Counted from the first letter of the stretch, positions 39,425 through 49,007 are shown. The stretch: 64,000 nt of DNA from Vitreimonas sp. (GCA_035627515.1 DASPLQ010000012.1:650331-714330); one strand, 5' to 3'. Translations and numbers: made by a program. Notes: generated by a model not told the origin, from the letters alone.

Positions 39425-40441
39425 ATGCATATCCGTACTGAATGGCAGTTAGTAGTATTTCTGAGTATTTGTTTGAGTGTCATGGGTGTAGTTTTTTTCC
39501 AGCTCTTAGAAAAGTTTTCATTTTTAAGTGTTAGTCAAGTTGCTGAGGTATGTTCCAGTTTAGCTGTTAGCTTTAGCTACTCTTATTTTTATCACTGTGG
39601 CCAAACGTTGGCCGTAGTGGCCAGTGGTTTAATTACGGGTTTGTATCTCAAGGCTCTGATCTCATTTGTAAAAACCCAGCGTCATGGAGCGCAGTTGTTG
39701 TCGAAAAAAGTGTCTCGGATGCCGATCCGACTACTCCGCCTGAGTAATCAATTAGGTTTGGAGAACGATGAGCTGATCTTAATTAATTCGTCACAGCCAG
39801 TAGCCATTACCGTAGGAATTTTTAACCCTCGGATTGTGATTAGTACTCACTTAATGACTGAACTCACTCACAAAGAACTGGAAGCAGTTTTAATCCATGA
39901 GGTTCACCACTTACGACGTTGTCATCCTTTATTATTTTTAGCCGCTGAAGTAGTTGCTTCCAGCTTACCTTTTGTGCCCATTATTAAAGAAATCGTGGGA
40001 CATTTTCGATATCTCATGGAATATCAAGCTGATAAGCGCGCAACCAAGTTGCAGGGTAGTATAGTATATATTTCACGAGCTCTTCACAAAATGACTGCTG
40101 GCACCACTCAGTATGCATTATTTCCTGCCTTTAGTTATACACGTCAGCAATCACGGTTGAGAGCGGTTAGTACTCAGCCGCATGGTCTAAACCTGACGTT
40201 GAGAAGTTTGCTCATCTCCGCGATCACGGTGATGAGTTTAAGCGGTTTACTCGTGATTCCAATCTCTGTTCGAGCTCAACAGGCTGGTGCTTCCACTGGG
40301 CTGGTTAACTGCAGCTCACACAATGCGGATCAGTGTACAACGTACTGTCACCCCGGCGTGATGAGTTTTTACCAACTCGAAACCAGCCCCAATCGCTCCA
40401 CCGACCCACTGTTGTCACAACCCTTAACTCCTGCGTATTGA
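39425..40441 (+). CDS. BlaR1-like M56 metallopeptidase membrane sensor
   Basis: Four TM helices and an HExxH motif in EAVLIHEVHHLRRCHP (compare BlaR1 HELxH). Cognate BlaI lies immediately upstream. Start placed at ATG 39425 to avoid overlap. Confidence 0.7.
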   Translation: MHIRTEWQLVVFLSICLSVMGVVFFQLLEKFSFLSVSQVAEVCSSLAVSFSYSYFYHCGQTLAVVASGLITGLYLKALISFVKTQRHGAQLLSKKVSRMPIRLLRLSNQLGLENDELILINSSQPVAITVGIFNPRIVISTHLMTELTHKELEAVLIHEVHHLRRCHPLLFLAAEVVASSLPFVPIIKEIVGHFRYLMEYQADKRATKLQGSIVYISRALHKMTAGTTQYALFPAFSYTRQQSRLRAVSTQPHGLNLTLRSLLISAITVMSLSGLLVIPISVRAQQAGASTGLVNCSSHNADQCTTYCHPGVMSFYQLETSPNRSTDPLLSQPLTPAY

Positions 40442-40495
40442 CCAAGGCCCAAATAATTACTACACTACGTAGTAGATATTAAGTATTAAGGTGTT

Positions 40496-41275
40496 ATGAG
40501 ACCTCAAAACCCGTATTCCTTGGCCGCAGTGATGGCCTTTCTCAATAATAATTTCGCGATCGTCATTTTGGCAGTAGTGATGTTTGCAGCTGGTTTCTTT
40601 TTAGGTTCGATGTGGACTGAAAACCAACTCTTGAAAAATGGTACTGGCGTGGCCGCAGCTCCGAGTGCAGCTCTTCCCACCGATCCTAGTGCGGTCGCTC
40701 CCAGTGGGCCTACCAAAGATCAGTTAGCCCAGGTTCCCGCTGTCACCGATGAAGATATGCAGCGCGGAAGCACAAATCCCAAGATCACCTTGATTGAGTA
40801 CTCAGATTTTGAGTGTCCTTTTTGTCAACGTTTTCACCCCACTATGCAACAAGTGATGGATGAGTACGGTGACCAGGTCCAATGGGTGTATCGTCATTAT
40901 CCGTTGTCCTTCCATCCCAATGCGCAAAAAGCTGCGGAAGCTGCAGAGTGTGTTAATAAAGTAGGTGGCGAAACAGCCTTTTGGAAGTATGCAGATGCGG
41001 TGTTCGAAGAGAATAGTAAGCTGGGAGGGACTTTGACTCCCGAAGCTATCAAGACAGCAGCCCAAGCAGCAGGTGTCAACATGAGTAGCTTCCAAACGTG
41101 TCTCGACAGTGGCGAGATGGCTGATAAAGTTAGCGCGCAAGCTAGCGGCGGTAGTTCAGCGGGTGTGAGCGGTACACCGGGAACCATCATCGTCACCGAA
41201 GATGGTGCTCAAGAAATGATTCCTGGAGCCTTACCATTTGAGCAGGTCAAACCTATGCTCGATAAGTACTTATAA
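40496..41275 (+). CDS. DsbA-family thiol:disulfide oxidoreductase, membrane-anchored
   Basis: N-terminal TM. ITLIEYSDFECPFCQRFHP is the thioredoxin-fold CxxC signature of DsbA/BdbD. Confidence 0.8.
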   Translation: MRPQNPYSLAAVMAFLNNNFAIVILAVVMFAAGFFLGSMWTENQLLKNGTGVAAAPSAALPTDPSAVAPSGPTKDQLAQVPAVTDEDMQRGSTNPKITLIEYSDFECPFCQRFHPTMQQVMDEYGDQVQWVYRHYPLSFHPNAQKAAEAAECVNKVGGETAFWKYADAVFEENSKLGGTLTPEAIKTAAQAAGVNMSSFQTCLDSGEMADKVSAQASGGSSAGVSGTPGTIIVTEDGAQEMIPGALPFEQVKPMLDKYL

Positions 41276-41323
41276 ATGATTATAATAAACGGGTAGAGAG
41301 CACGACTTTCTACCCGTTTTTTT

Positions 41324-41866
41324 ATGAAACCTGTCAAACTTTTATCGTTACTTTTAGTAACTTTAGCTATCACTGTCAGTGTCGCGGGGTGGTGGTATTA
41401 CTACCGGACTCCGGATGATATCCATCATGAGTCTGTCCATTATCACGCTGGTTTTCAAGTCTATGTAGATGACGTCAAACAGGACTACAGTGATTGGAAG
41501 TACATGAATTTTACGCCCTGTGGTGATCATCAAGAAAAACAAACACCTGAGGAAGAACAGCAGGAAAAAGCTCACTTGCATGATGGCAATGGCGATGTGG
41601 TGCATGTCCACCGGCCGGGCGCCACCTGGGGGGATTTATTTAAAAATATTGGTGTCACACTCGATGCTAATAAAGAAGTTGTAGCATATAGTGGTGATCA
41701 AAAAATCACTGACATTTTAACTAAACCTATTGAGGCTAATCAAAGTATTGTGATTGTGGTGGGTGCACAGGAAAAAGCAAATGAGTACTTACCAAACCGA
41801 GTTACTCTAGAACGCATCGCCGAAGTCGAAAAGAAAAGCGAACTGTGTGGGGCTACCAAGCATTAG
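41324..41866 (+). CDS. membrane-anchored hypothetical protein, His/Cys-rich (possible metal-binding)
   Basis: N-terminal TM. HHESVHYHAGF, CGDH, HLHDGNGDVVHVH and a C-terminal Cys. No family assigned. Confidence 0.4.
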   Translation: MKPVKLLSLLLVTLAITVSVAGWWYYYRTPDDIHHESVHYHAGFQVYVDDVKQDYSDWKYMNFTPCGDHQEKQTPEEEQQEKAHLHDGNGDVVHVHRPGATWGDLFKNIGVTLDANKEVVAYSGDQKITDILTKPIEANQSIVIVVGAQEKANEYLPNRVTLERIAEVEKKSELCGATKH

Positions 41867-41880
41867 GACTAGTTCGCAAT

Positions 41881-42723
41881 CTATACCGAACTAGGAAGAG
41901 GAGCAGCAGGTGGCTTATTCAGGCCCAGCTTGGTTTTTAAGTAGGCTTGATTGCGATACAGATTAAAGGCCAGGTTGCACATCAGCAATGCCATCGCATA
42001 CGGTTCGGGCCAATAGAAGTAAAGAGCAATGGCCACCAATACACCCAGACTCCCCGCGAAAACATATTGTTGTTTAGGTAAGGCTGGTGAAGTCTTGGGC
42101 TCCACTGCCATCACCATTAAGAAGTAAGCCAGAGTGCCATCTGCCAGCAAGAACAAAGGACTCATCCGGAAAAGAAGAGTGTACAAAACCGCAAAAACGC
42201 TGGCACTAATCAAAACAATTGGTAGCTTCCGATATTTGTGTGCCACGTAGCCTGCCAGAGGGAGTGTTAATAACATTGCCACGCTCATTCCTTCCGGAAT
42301 TAAAGGCAGCCGCGGGGCAAAATTCGTACCCCACCAACTTGGATAAATAGACACGAAGCTGAAAACAGCGGCAGTCAAAGCAGCTGGGTTAAAGATGGGG
42401 CCTGTAGGAACTCTGACTAAGCGCTGTACCAACTCAGTAAAGATTCCTAGTAGCGGGAATACCCACCACGCGATCAAAGGATCAAATAACAATAACAGAA
42501 TAAAATTAGAAATGCTTTTGTGTTCCCAGCGGGTGGGCCGCCCGAGGTTCAAAAAAGTTAACAAAAAGTAGGTGGCCCAGTTACCAGCTGCCAGCAAAGC
42601 AGCGTTGCGGAATTGGGTTAGCCAAAAGCTTAATTGAGTGCCATCCCATCCCCAACTCGCCCAGACATACATCACGACTAGATAAATGAGCAAAATGCGT
42701 ATTGGCGAGAACCAGTTTTTCAT
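41881..42723 (-). CDS. polytopic membrane protein, RnfD/NqrB-like (NQR2/RnfD/RnfE family) candidate
   Basis: Seven to eight TM helices. C-terminal FLMVMAVEPKTSPALPKQQYVFAGSLGVLVAIAL parallels the RnfD/NqrB FMATDPVTSP...G..G.L motif. Divergent from the ApbE / FMN-binding genes. No SGAT flavinylation site seen. Confidence 0.4.
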   Translation of the reverse strand: MKNWFSPIRILLIYLVVMYVWASWGWDGTQLSFWLTQFRNAALLAAGNWATYFLLTFLNLGRPTRWEHKSISNFILLLLFDPLIAWWVFPLLGIFTELVQRLVRVPTGPIFNPAALTAAVFSFVSIYPSWWGTNFAPRLPLIPEGMSVAMLLTLPLAGYVAHKYRKLPIVLISASVFAVLYTLLFRMSPLFLLADGTLAYFLMVMAVEPKTSPALPKQQYVFAGSLGVLVAIALYFYWPEPYAMALLMCNLAFNLYRNQAYLKTKLGLNKPPAAPLPSSV

Positions 42724-42764
42724 GCTACTATCTTACCGGTATTACTTTATAAAATAAAGCACAT

Positions 42765-43247
42765 ATGAAAAAAACACTTTTGTCTTTATCAATCATTGTA
42801 GCAACTGCTGTCATTTTTAGCGCCTGCCAATCTTCACAGCCAACTACTACTGCTCCCAGTACAGCACCGGCTGCTGCAGTAGCCTCAACTGCTCCCGCTG
42901 CTGAGCCTTCTGCGATGCCTGCCATCGAAACCTCACCAGCTATGCCAGCTGCTCCAGGGGCACGTGAGTTAAACACCGAAACTACATATCAATCACCAGC
43001 AGGTCCTGAAAAAGTAGCTTTCGCCCTCACTGTTGACGCCCAAGGTGTGATTACAGATGCTACCACCACCGTGCTTGCTAAGGCCCCTATCTCAGTCGTG
43101 CGCCAAGAAGCCTTCGCTAAAGAAATGCCAACAGTGTTGAAAGGCAAAAAATTAGCAGAACTCACTAAAGTTGATCGCATTGGTGGTTCTTCTTTGACCA
43201 CAGGTGCTTTTAATGCTGCTTTAACTCAACTCAAAGCTGGTTTATAG
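42765..43247 (+). CDS. lipoprotein with C-terminal FMN-binding (FMN_bind) domain; probable ApbE substrate
   Basis: Lipobox IFSAC. Ala/Pro-rich linker. C-terminus LTKVDRIGGSSLTTGAFNAALTQL aligns to the FMN_bind consensus VDAVSGATxTSxAxxxAV, with Ser at the flavinylated position. Confidence 0.6.
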   Translation: MKKTLLSLSIIVATAVIFSACQSSQPTTTAPSTAPAAAVASTAPAAEPSAMPAIETSPAMPAAPGARELNTETTYQSPAGPEKVAFALTVDAQGVITDATTTVLAKAPISVVRQEAFAKEMPTVLKGKKLAELTKVDRIGGSSLTTGAFNAALTQLKAGL

Positions 43248-43256
43248 TCAGCTTCG

Positions 43257-44144
43257 ATGACAGAATTTCGTTTTAATGCCATGGGCACGGCTTGGTCAAT
43301 TACCCTCGATGGAGTAACTGATCGAGACGTGCCTGTTTCGTTGTGGGACAAAGTGGTGACTAGTACTGATAATTTCGAGCAACGTTTTTCGCGGTTTATT
43401 GAAGGCAGTGAAGTGACAGCATTTCGTACTGCTCCGGCTGGCACCTATCCTCTTTCTAAAGAACTTACTATCTTGTTGGCACAGTCTCACGTTGTGCGAG
43501 AGTTAACAGGCGGCGCTTTTGACCCCGCTATTGGTACCCTCTTAGAAAAAGCTGGCTATGACCAACAGTATTCTTTTCATCCTCAGGATCAAGAGCTTGA
43601 TAACTGGCGTTTGCCGGGTTGGAATGTGGATGTTGCTCAACAGCAAGTGACAATCTCAGACGCAGTAGTTTTTGACACAGGTGGGATTGGCAAAGGGTAT
43701 TGGATCGATCAGTTGAGTCAACTGATATTTGAGGCTGGGTACCCGTATCACTTAGTCGATGGTGGCGGTGATATGGTAGCTACCACCAAAGAGAACTATG
43801 CTGGCTGGCAAGTAGCGATTGAGTGGCCAGGTGACCAAGAGCGAGCTATCGGAGTGGTAGAACTTCATAATCAGGGCTTTGCTGCCTCTGATATTTTTCG
43901 ACGGCGCTGGGGAGAATGGCATCATCTCATCAATGTTACCGAACGCCAGCCAGTTGGTAATATTAAAGGCTGTGTCGCGGTAGCCGCTTCGGCCTGGTCA
44001 GCCGACCAAATGACATCGGCGTTAGCCCTAGTTCAGCCAGAAGCATATGAGCACATTGGTCACGCACTCGGTGCTGAGTACTTAGTTTTGCTGCAATCTG
44101 ATCAAGCAATTATCAGTCCTCAGTGGCCTGGTGAGGTATTTTAG
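43257..44144 (+). CDS. apbE: FAD:protein FMN transferase ApbE
   Basis: FNAMGTAWSITL and TGGAFDPAIGTLLEKAGY are conserved ApbE motifs. Length (295 aa) is typical. Confidence 0.85.
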   Translation: MTEFRFNAMGTAWSITLDGVTDRDVPVSLWDKVVTSTDNFEQRFSRFIEGSEVTAFRTAPAGTYPLSKELTILLAQSHVVRELTGGAFDPAIGTLLEKAGYDQQYSFHPQDQELDNWRLPGWNVDVAQQQVTISDAVVFDTGGIGKGYWIDQLSQLIFEAGYPYHLVDGGGDMVATTKENYAGWQVAIEWPGDQERAIGVVELHNQGFAASDIFRRRWGEWHHLINVTERQPVGNIKGCVAVAASAWSADQMTSALALVQPEAYEHIGHALGAEYLVLLQSDQAIISPQWPGEVF

Positions 44145-44207
44145 TAAGTATTCATTACTCCAGTGCTTTTGTGAGATGATTTGATACAATCCCCGCAAAG
44201 GAATGCT

Positions 44208-44750
44208 ATGTCAAAATCACTTCTTACTTTTTCAGTTATAACCTTGAGTCTGCTTGGTTTATTAACAGTCGCCACCACCCCTGTGGCTGCTCAAGTCATG
44301 GTCCAAGAACAAACCATGGAGGCCAACACGTCTTCGAATGCTTCTGTGACCTGCGAAGGCAACTGTAATGGCTCAGCTGAGGCCAATAGTTCAGTGACCG
44401 GTCGTCAATACCAACGCATGGAAGTCTCAGGAAATGCCGGGACAACCTATGTGGCGCGTCCTGCTCGACGATATGTCAAAACTAAGACTAAGTATGTTCA
44501 CTCCCGAGCCGCTACCCCGGTGGTATGGGTGAGTGAGGGAGCTGTCAGATTAACTTGGAGTTTGCGCGGTGGTACATGTCATGTCCGCTACACTGAGGCC
44601 AGTGAGGCCGTGTACAAATATGCCACAGCTGCAAGTTGTGATGATGGTGGTGTAACCATTTCTGGTTTGACTCCAGGAATCAGATATCGTTTCCAAGTTC
44701 GCCAAAATGACGGTGGTTGGTCAGGCTCAGTGATTGTCAAAGCTCAGTAA
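44208..44750 (+). CDS. secreted protein with C-terminal fibronectin-III-like domain
   Basis: Signal peptide MSKSLLTFSVITLSLLGLLTVATTPVAA. C-terminal VRLTWSLRGG...GLTPGIRYRFQVRQ resembles FN3. Start placed at ATG 44208. Confidence 0.5.
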   Translation: MSKSLLTFSVITLSLLGLLTVATTPVAAQVMVQEQTMEANTSSNASVTCEGNCNGSAEANSSVTGRQYQRMEVSGNAGTTYVARPARRYVKTKTKYVHSRAATPVVWVSEGAVRLTWSLRGGTCHVRYTEASEAVYKYATAASCDDGGVTISGLTPGIRYRFQVRQNDGGWSGSVIVKAQ

Positions 44751-44772
44751 ATTCTATTTTTAAACAATGAAT

Positions 44773-44798
44773 AAAGAGCCGATCATGATCGGCTCTTT
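44773..44798. terminator. bidirectional terminator-like palindromic hairpin between convergent genes
   Basis: Perfect 12-bp palindrome AAAGAGCCGATC-AT-GATCGGCTCTTT, with A/T-rich tracts on both sides. Confidence 0.5.
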
Positions 44799-44802
44799 GT
44801 GG

Positions 44803-45963
44803 TTAAAGAGAGATAGTGCGCGTTTTACTGTTATTGCCGGTATTAGTTTCAGGGAATTGATTACTGGTGTTAAGCTCAAACTTGACGTCGGTTTTGCCAC
44901 TGGCGACAGTAAAGTCATAGCCTGTGCTTTCTTGGGCAGTCGCGCCCGGACTGATCCAGTTATCGATCGTGACGTGTTTGACCTCACTGCCGTTAATAAA
45001 CCACTTCAATGAGAACTTACCTTGTTTGTCCTGGCCATTATTTTTAATTGTGGCTTTAGCGGTTAGTTTTTGATCTTTAGTAGGATTATCAACCAAGGTG
45101 GTTGTGCCCTGCTGATAAAACTCTATCGAAATGGCCTCCACATCACTGCGGGTGCCTTCTGCTTTCAGCGATAAGGTCCGAGAATTATTATTGCGATTAG
45201 CTTCTTGGAGAGCATTCGTAGTATCGACGTTATAGGTAAAGTTATTGTCGCCCTGGTTTAGGAAAAAACCACCATACACGATGCTATTGACGTCATCATA
45301 AACTGCTTGGGATTCGGCTTTGACTTTGCCAGTGGTGTTACTCCCCTGTGTGCTGCCATTAATACTCCAGTTGCTAGTAAATGTGCCGGAGTCCTGTTTG
45401 CCATTATTACGTAACTTAGCGCGTAGCGTCACGCGCTGACCAGCGTAAAATGGAGCACTCAGTGTACTTCCGGAAGTAGGATCCTCGATCACAATCTCAT
45501 CAACTGATAAATCAACGGTGGTGTTGGTTCCGGCTGGAGAAGCACTGGGCGTGGGACTGCCACTGGGTTGTGGCGAACTCGAGGGTTTTGGGGTCGGTGA
45601 GGGACTGGGTTTTAAACTCGGGCTCGGTTTAGGACTGGGCGAGGGTGAAGGTGAGGGCTTTGGGGTGGGCAACGGGCTAAGAAGATTCCCCAGTGTACTA
45701 TCAGATTTTGGTGAAGGTGAAGGAGTAACCACCACAATTTCTGTCTCAGGACTGACATTTCCATACACCCCATAATTCAAAATCAACAGACTAAGAGGAA
45801 TAATAATCAGGGCACCGATTACTCCCATTAAAAACTTAGGATTGACTTGATCTGAAGCCGGTGCAGGTGAGGAAGATCGAGAAGGATGATCAACTCCGTG
45901 AGCACTAAATTGGTGCAACACGTTAGGATCGAACTGGGCAGGAGTTTCGTTCATACGCAGCAA
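44803..45963 (-). CDS. membrane-anchored surface protein with PS/PK linker and two CARDB-like domains
   Basis: N-terminal TM. Linker PTPKPSPSPSPSPKPSPSLKPSPSPTPKP. Two repeats of the LRAKLRNNGKQDSGTFTSNWSINGS / AKATIKNNGQDKQGKFSLKWFINGS type (CARDB signature NxGxxxxxxFxxxWxING). Confidence 0.55.
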   Translation of the reverse strand: MLRMNETPAQFDPNVLHQFSAHGVDHPSRSSSPAPASDQVNPKFLMGVIGALIIIPLSLLILNYGVYGNVSPETEIVVVTPSPSPKSDSTLGNLLSPLPTPKPSPSPSPSPKPSPSLKPSPSPTPKPSSSPQPSGSPTPSASPAGTNTTVDLSVDEIVIEDPTSGSTLSAPFYAGQRVTLRAKLRNNGKQDSGTFTSNWSINGSTQGSNTTGKVKAESQAVYDDVNSIVYGGFFLNQGDNNFTYNVDTTNALQEANRNNNSRTLSLKAEGTRSDVEAISIEFYQQGTTTLVDNPTKDQKLTAKATIKNNGQDKQGKFSLKWFINGSEVKHVTIDNWISPGATAQESTGYDFTVASGKTDVKFELNTSNQFPETNTGNNSKTRTISL

Positions 45964-46075
45964 TAAATGACAGTATCAGCCTACCGGTTTCTCAAGAAAA
46001 AGTAAAGTGAGGCTCTGGGCTCTTTCTTACGTAGTTATGTCACATTCTTGACCGCTTAAAGAGACAATAAAACCT

Positions 46076-46660
46076 ATGCCTTCAAGTAAATATCCTTGGT
46101 TAGCAGTAGGGTTATTATTAATTGGAATTATTTTGGCGGGAGTAATCATTATTGGTTTACTCAGATGGAGTTTTAGACGTTTAAGCTCAGGTACCAGCTC
46201 ACCTACTATTACTACCGCAGCTACGCCAATTCCTGAAGTAGTGGTCCAAACTCAGGATAAATTAATTGTGATTGAGGACCCGCTCCTTAATCATGAAGGT
46301 TTGCGAGTTGAAGAATTCACCACAGATCCTAATCAACATTTAGGCCAAGCAGTAACGCTGAAAGGACAAGTCAGTCAACGCATCAACCCCTGGGGTTTTG
46401 CCCTGCGGTCGGCGGGTGAGCCAGATGCAGAGGTGCTCATCGTGACAAATGGCGACATCACCCAAAAATCTAATCTGGAGCCAGCTGGTTTAGATGTGGC
46501 TCAAGCAGTAGTTGTCAAAGGAATTGCCAAACTACTCACTAAAGAAGGGCAAACTGAACAATTTGGCTTTGAAATCGATGATTTATCTACCTCTGTCTGG
46601 CAGGATCAGGTAGTAGTGGTAGCCGATAGCGTTACGGTAGTTGAAGCTTCTCCTCAGTAG
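46076..46660 (+). CDS. membrane-anchored hypothetical protein
   Basis: N-terminal TM (LAVGLLLIGIILAGVIIIGLL) followed by a soluble domain. No family recognised. Confidence 0.4.
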   Translation: MPSSKYPWLAVGLLLIGIILAGVIIIGLLRWSFRRLSSGTSSPTITTAATPIPEVVVQTQDKLIVIEDPLLNHEGLRVEEFTTDPNQHLGQAVTLKGQVSQRINPWGFALRSAGEPDAEVLIVTNGDITQKSNLEPAGLDVAQAVVVKGIAKLLTKEGQTEQFGFEIDDLSTSVWQDQVVVVADSVTVVEASPQ

Positions 46661-46712
46661 TTGGTACAATAGCGACTCTTTGTTAACAGCTTATTATTGC
46701 TGCTAACAATCA

Positions 46713-46795
46713 GGAGAGGTCGCATAGTGGCCTAGTGCAGCGGTTTACTAAACCGCCGTTCGCAAGAACCGGGGGTTCGAATCCCCCCCTCTCCG
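46713..46795 (+). tRNA. type-II (Ser-like) tRNA with apparent anticodon ACT
   Basis: GGAGAGG/CCTCTCC acceptor stem. D-arm identical to the tRNA-Ser(TGA) at 6554. Anticodon arm GCGGT-TTACTAA-ACCGC (U33 A34 C35 U36 A37). Long variable arm, GGTTCGAATCC T-loop and discriminator G. Confidence 0.6.
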
Positions 46796-46831
46796 CACAT
46801 ATACTTTTACATATGCAAACCGAATGAACTC

Positions 46832-47326
46832 TTATTCAGTTGTCATATCTGCAAAAGACTCTTTTTTAAAGTACATCTCAATAGCTGCTTTGTGTCCCGG
46901 TAGTATATCAAGAGTGTTTCCCTTAATATTTATCCACTCCCAGCCCTCACATTTTTCAGGTTCTTGTAGTTGTGGAATGTCAGTAACATCCTCTGATACA
47001 TAAATAAAATGAATAAAGTCACAGATACCTTGATTCTCACGAACAACTCCCACGTATTCCAGCATATCTAATTTAATGCCTGTTTCTTCATAAACTTCTC
47101 GAGCTACTGCCTGACCGATAGGTTCATTTAGCTCGATCCTTCCTCCAGGTAAACCATAATAACCAGCCTTATAACTGTTTTTCCTTTTACCGAGTAGGAT
47201 TTCACCTTTGGAGTTAACTAAGATTGCGCAGGCGCCAATGGGTTGAGGAGCGGGGTTAGTCTTTAATTTTGAGATTTTTTCCTCGTATTCACGAACAACT
47301 TTTTGATGTTGAAACCAATGTCCCAT
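46832..47326 (-). CDS. NUDIX hydrolase (MutT-like)
   Basis: Nudix box GLPGGRIELNEPIGQAVAREVYEETGI. Confidence 0.8.
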   Translation of the reverse strand: MGHWFQHQKVVREYEEKISKLKTNPAPQPIGACAILVNSKGEILLGKRKNSYKAGYYGLPGGRIELNEPIGQAVAREVYEETGIKLDMLEYVGVVRENQGICDFIHFIYVSEDVTDIPQLQEPEKCEGWEWINIKGNTLDILPGHKAAIEMYFKKESFADMTTE

Positions 47327-47510
47327 ATTTTCCTTATAACTTCTTCCGTGAGGTTATTTTAACTCATTATCAGTATTATGATGAGAAGGTTGAGCTTACT
47401 GATAGCTTAGGTATTGGCAAAATGGTAGTATAACCCAGTCAACACAACCTATAATCAAGGTTCGAATAGAGTCAAGTTTAGCCCGCCACGTTTTCCAAAA
47501 TTAACTAACT

Positions 47511-48416
47511 ATGATTGAACACCCACAACCTAGTTCTCCCCAAACCGAAAACATATTTAACAACCATGAGCGATTAGTGTGCCGGTATGATGAATTAGAA
47601 ACAGAAACGCGGACCTTACTTGAGGGAGTTACGTACCGACAACTTCCGGAATTTATTACGCTCGATAAAAGATTGAGTGGTTTTTTTTCTAGTATTCGAG
47701 CTGCGGTAGACCTGGATCGTGAGAAAAGAAAAATTAATCCACTCAAAGCCGAAATGATACGACGAGCACGGTTAGCTTTTAGCGAGGTAGATGAGGAGGA
47801 TTCACATCGGCATTTACAACACCTCAACGCCTTTGATGAAGAACCTGTGGAAGAGTTGGAGCACGGTCAAAGACTTTATTTAGATGAAGGTAAGGTTATA
47901 CAAGGACGGATCTATAGAGGTGATGGCAGTTTTGTAGCAGCACAAACCCAAGCCGATAACATTGAAGATGATAAAGCAATTGTAGATATTCATAACCATC
48001 CTCACACTTCACCTCCCAGCCGACAAGATATTGCCTCCATGGTAGCAGATGATAAACCAGAGTCTGATCGGTGCTTATACTTCATTGCTGCTCAGGAGTT
48101 GAATATTGTTGTTGTTATTTGTCAGGATTCCCAGAGATACCCGATTACTGAATTAAGAACTAAACTAAAACTGGGGCTTAAAGCTAAAGAGGAGTATTTC
48201 GAAGAGTTAGAAGTAGCTAATGACTTGATTCCTAAAGAAATTGAGAATAAAAAACAAGTTACATTTATTAAATGGTTTGCTGACATTATAAAGTTGTCGC
48301 ATGAGTATCAAATTGGGATTTATTTTTCCTTAGCAGAGGAGAAAAGCAATGTCCTTAAGAGAGCAGATGATGTCCAAGAAATAATTGAGTTATCTCACCG
48401 TTTATCAAAATACTAA
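47511..48416 (+). CDS. hypothetical protein with RadC/JAB-like metalloprotease motif
   Basis: IVDIHNHPHTSPPSRQDIASM matches the RadC-type JAB signature HNHPSGxxxPSxxD. The rest is acidic/helical. Low-GC. Confidence 0.45.
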   Translation: MIEHPQPSSPQTENIFNNHERLVCRYDELETETRTLLEGVTYRQLPEFITLDKRLSGFFSSIRAAVDLDREKRKINPLKAEMIRRARLAFSEVDEEDSHRHLQHLNAFDEEPVEELEHGQRLYLDEGKVIQGRIYRGDGSFVAAQTQADNIEDDKAIVDIHNHPHTSPPSRQDIASMVADDKPESDRCLYFIAAQELNIVVVICQDSQRYPITELRTKLKLGLKAKEEYFEELEVANDLIPKEIENKKQVTFIKWFADIIKLSHEYQIGIYFSLAEEKSNVLKRADDVQEIIELSHRLSKY

Positions 48417-48428
48417 TATCAACTATCT

Positions 48429-48995
48429 TTGCCAAATTTTATGATCAAAAAACTTTCCTCCACTACTGTATATCAAAACAAATGGCTGAGCGTTCGTGAA
48501 GATAAGGTAATGTTTGATAACAAGTTTGAAGGCATTTATTCTGTTCTGGATAAACCTGATTGCGTGATGATTATGCCCTATGATGGCGAGTTCTTTTATT
48601 TGGTGAGACAGTATCGTTATCCGATTGAAAAATACTTTCTTGAATTTCCGGCTGGCAGCCATGAAGAGAGTACCATCGAAAATGAAGTTCAGCTCGTCAA
48701 AGACGAATTGGAAGAAGAAACGGGTTGGGTGAGTGAGAAAATTACTAAGCTCGGTGTTCTCAATGAAGTGCCCGCTACAGTCAATCAGCGTTGTCATATG
48801 TTTTTGGCAGAAAACTTACGCCACGGTCAGCAAAAGTTGGAAGTCACTGAATCAGATTTAACTATCATAAAAATGACGCAATCAGAACTAGAAACTGCGA
48901 TAGCGAATGGTAAAGTGAGTGATGCTAAGACACTGGCTGGTTTTTTGATTTGGAAATTAAAAAAACAGCTTAATGATGCTGATATTAAATCATAG
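48429..48995 (+). CDS. NUDIX hydrolase, ADP-ribose pyrophosphatase-like
   Basis: FPAGSHEESTIENEVQLVKDELEEETG Nudix box, with a NudF-like N-terminal region. Confidence 0.8.
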   Translation: MPNFMIKKLSSTTVYQNKWLSVREDKVMFDNKFEGIYSVLDKPDCVMIMPYDGEFFYLVRQYRYPIEKYFLEFPAGSHEESTIENEVQLVKDELEEETGWVSEKITKLGVLNEVPATVNQRCHMFLAENLRHGQQKLEVTESDLTIIKMTQSELETAIANGKVSDAKTLAGFLIWKLKKQLNDADIKS

Positions 48996-49007
48996 TATAG
49001 TACTTTC

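Noticed and set aside
42728-42976. 82-aa minus-strand ORF
   Set aside because: Completely overlapped by the plus-strand lipoprotein gene, which has a clear lipobox and FMN_bind C-terminus. It is the Ala-rich antisense of that gene's APAA linker.
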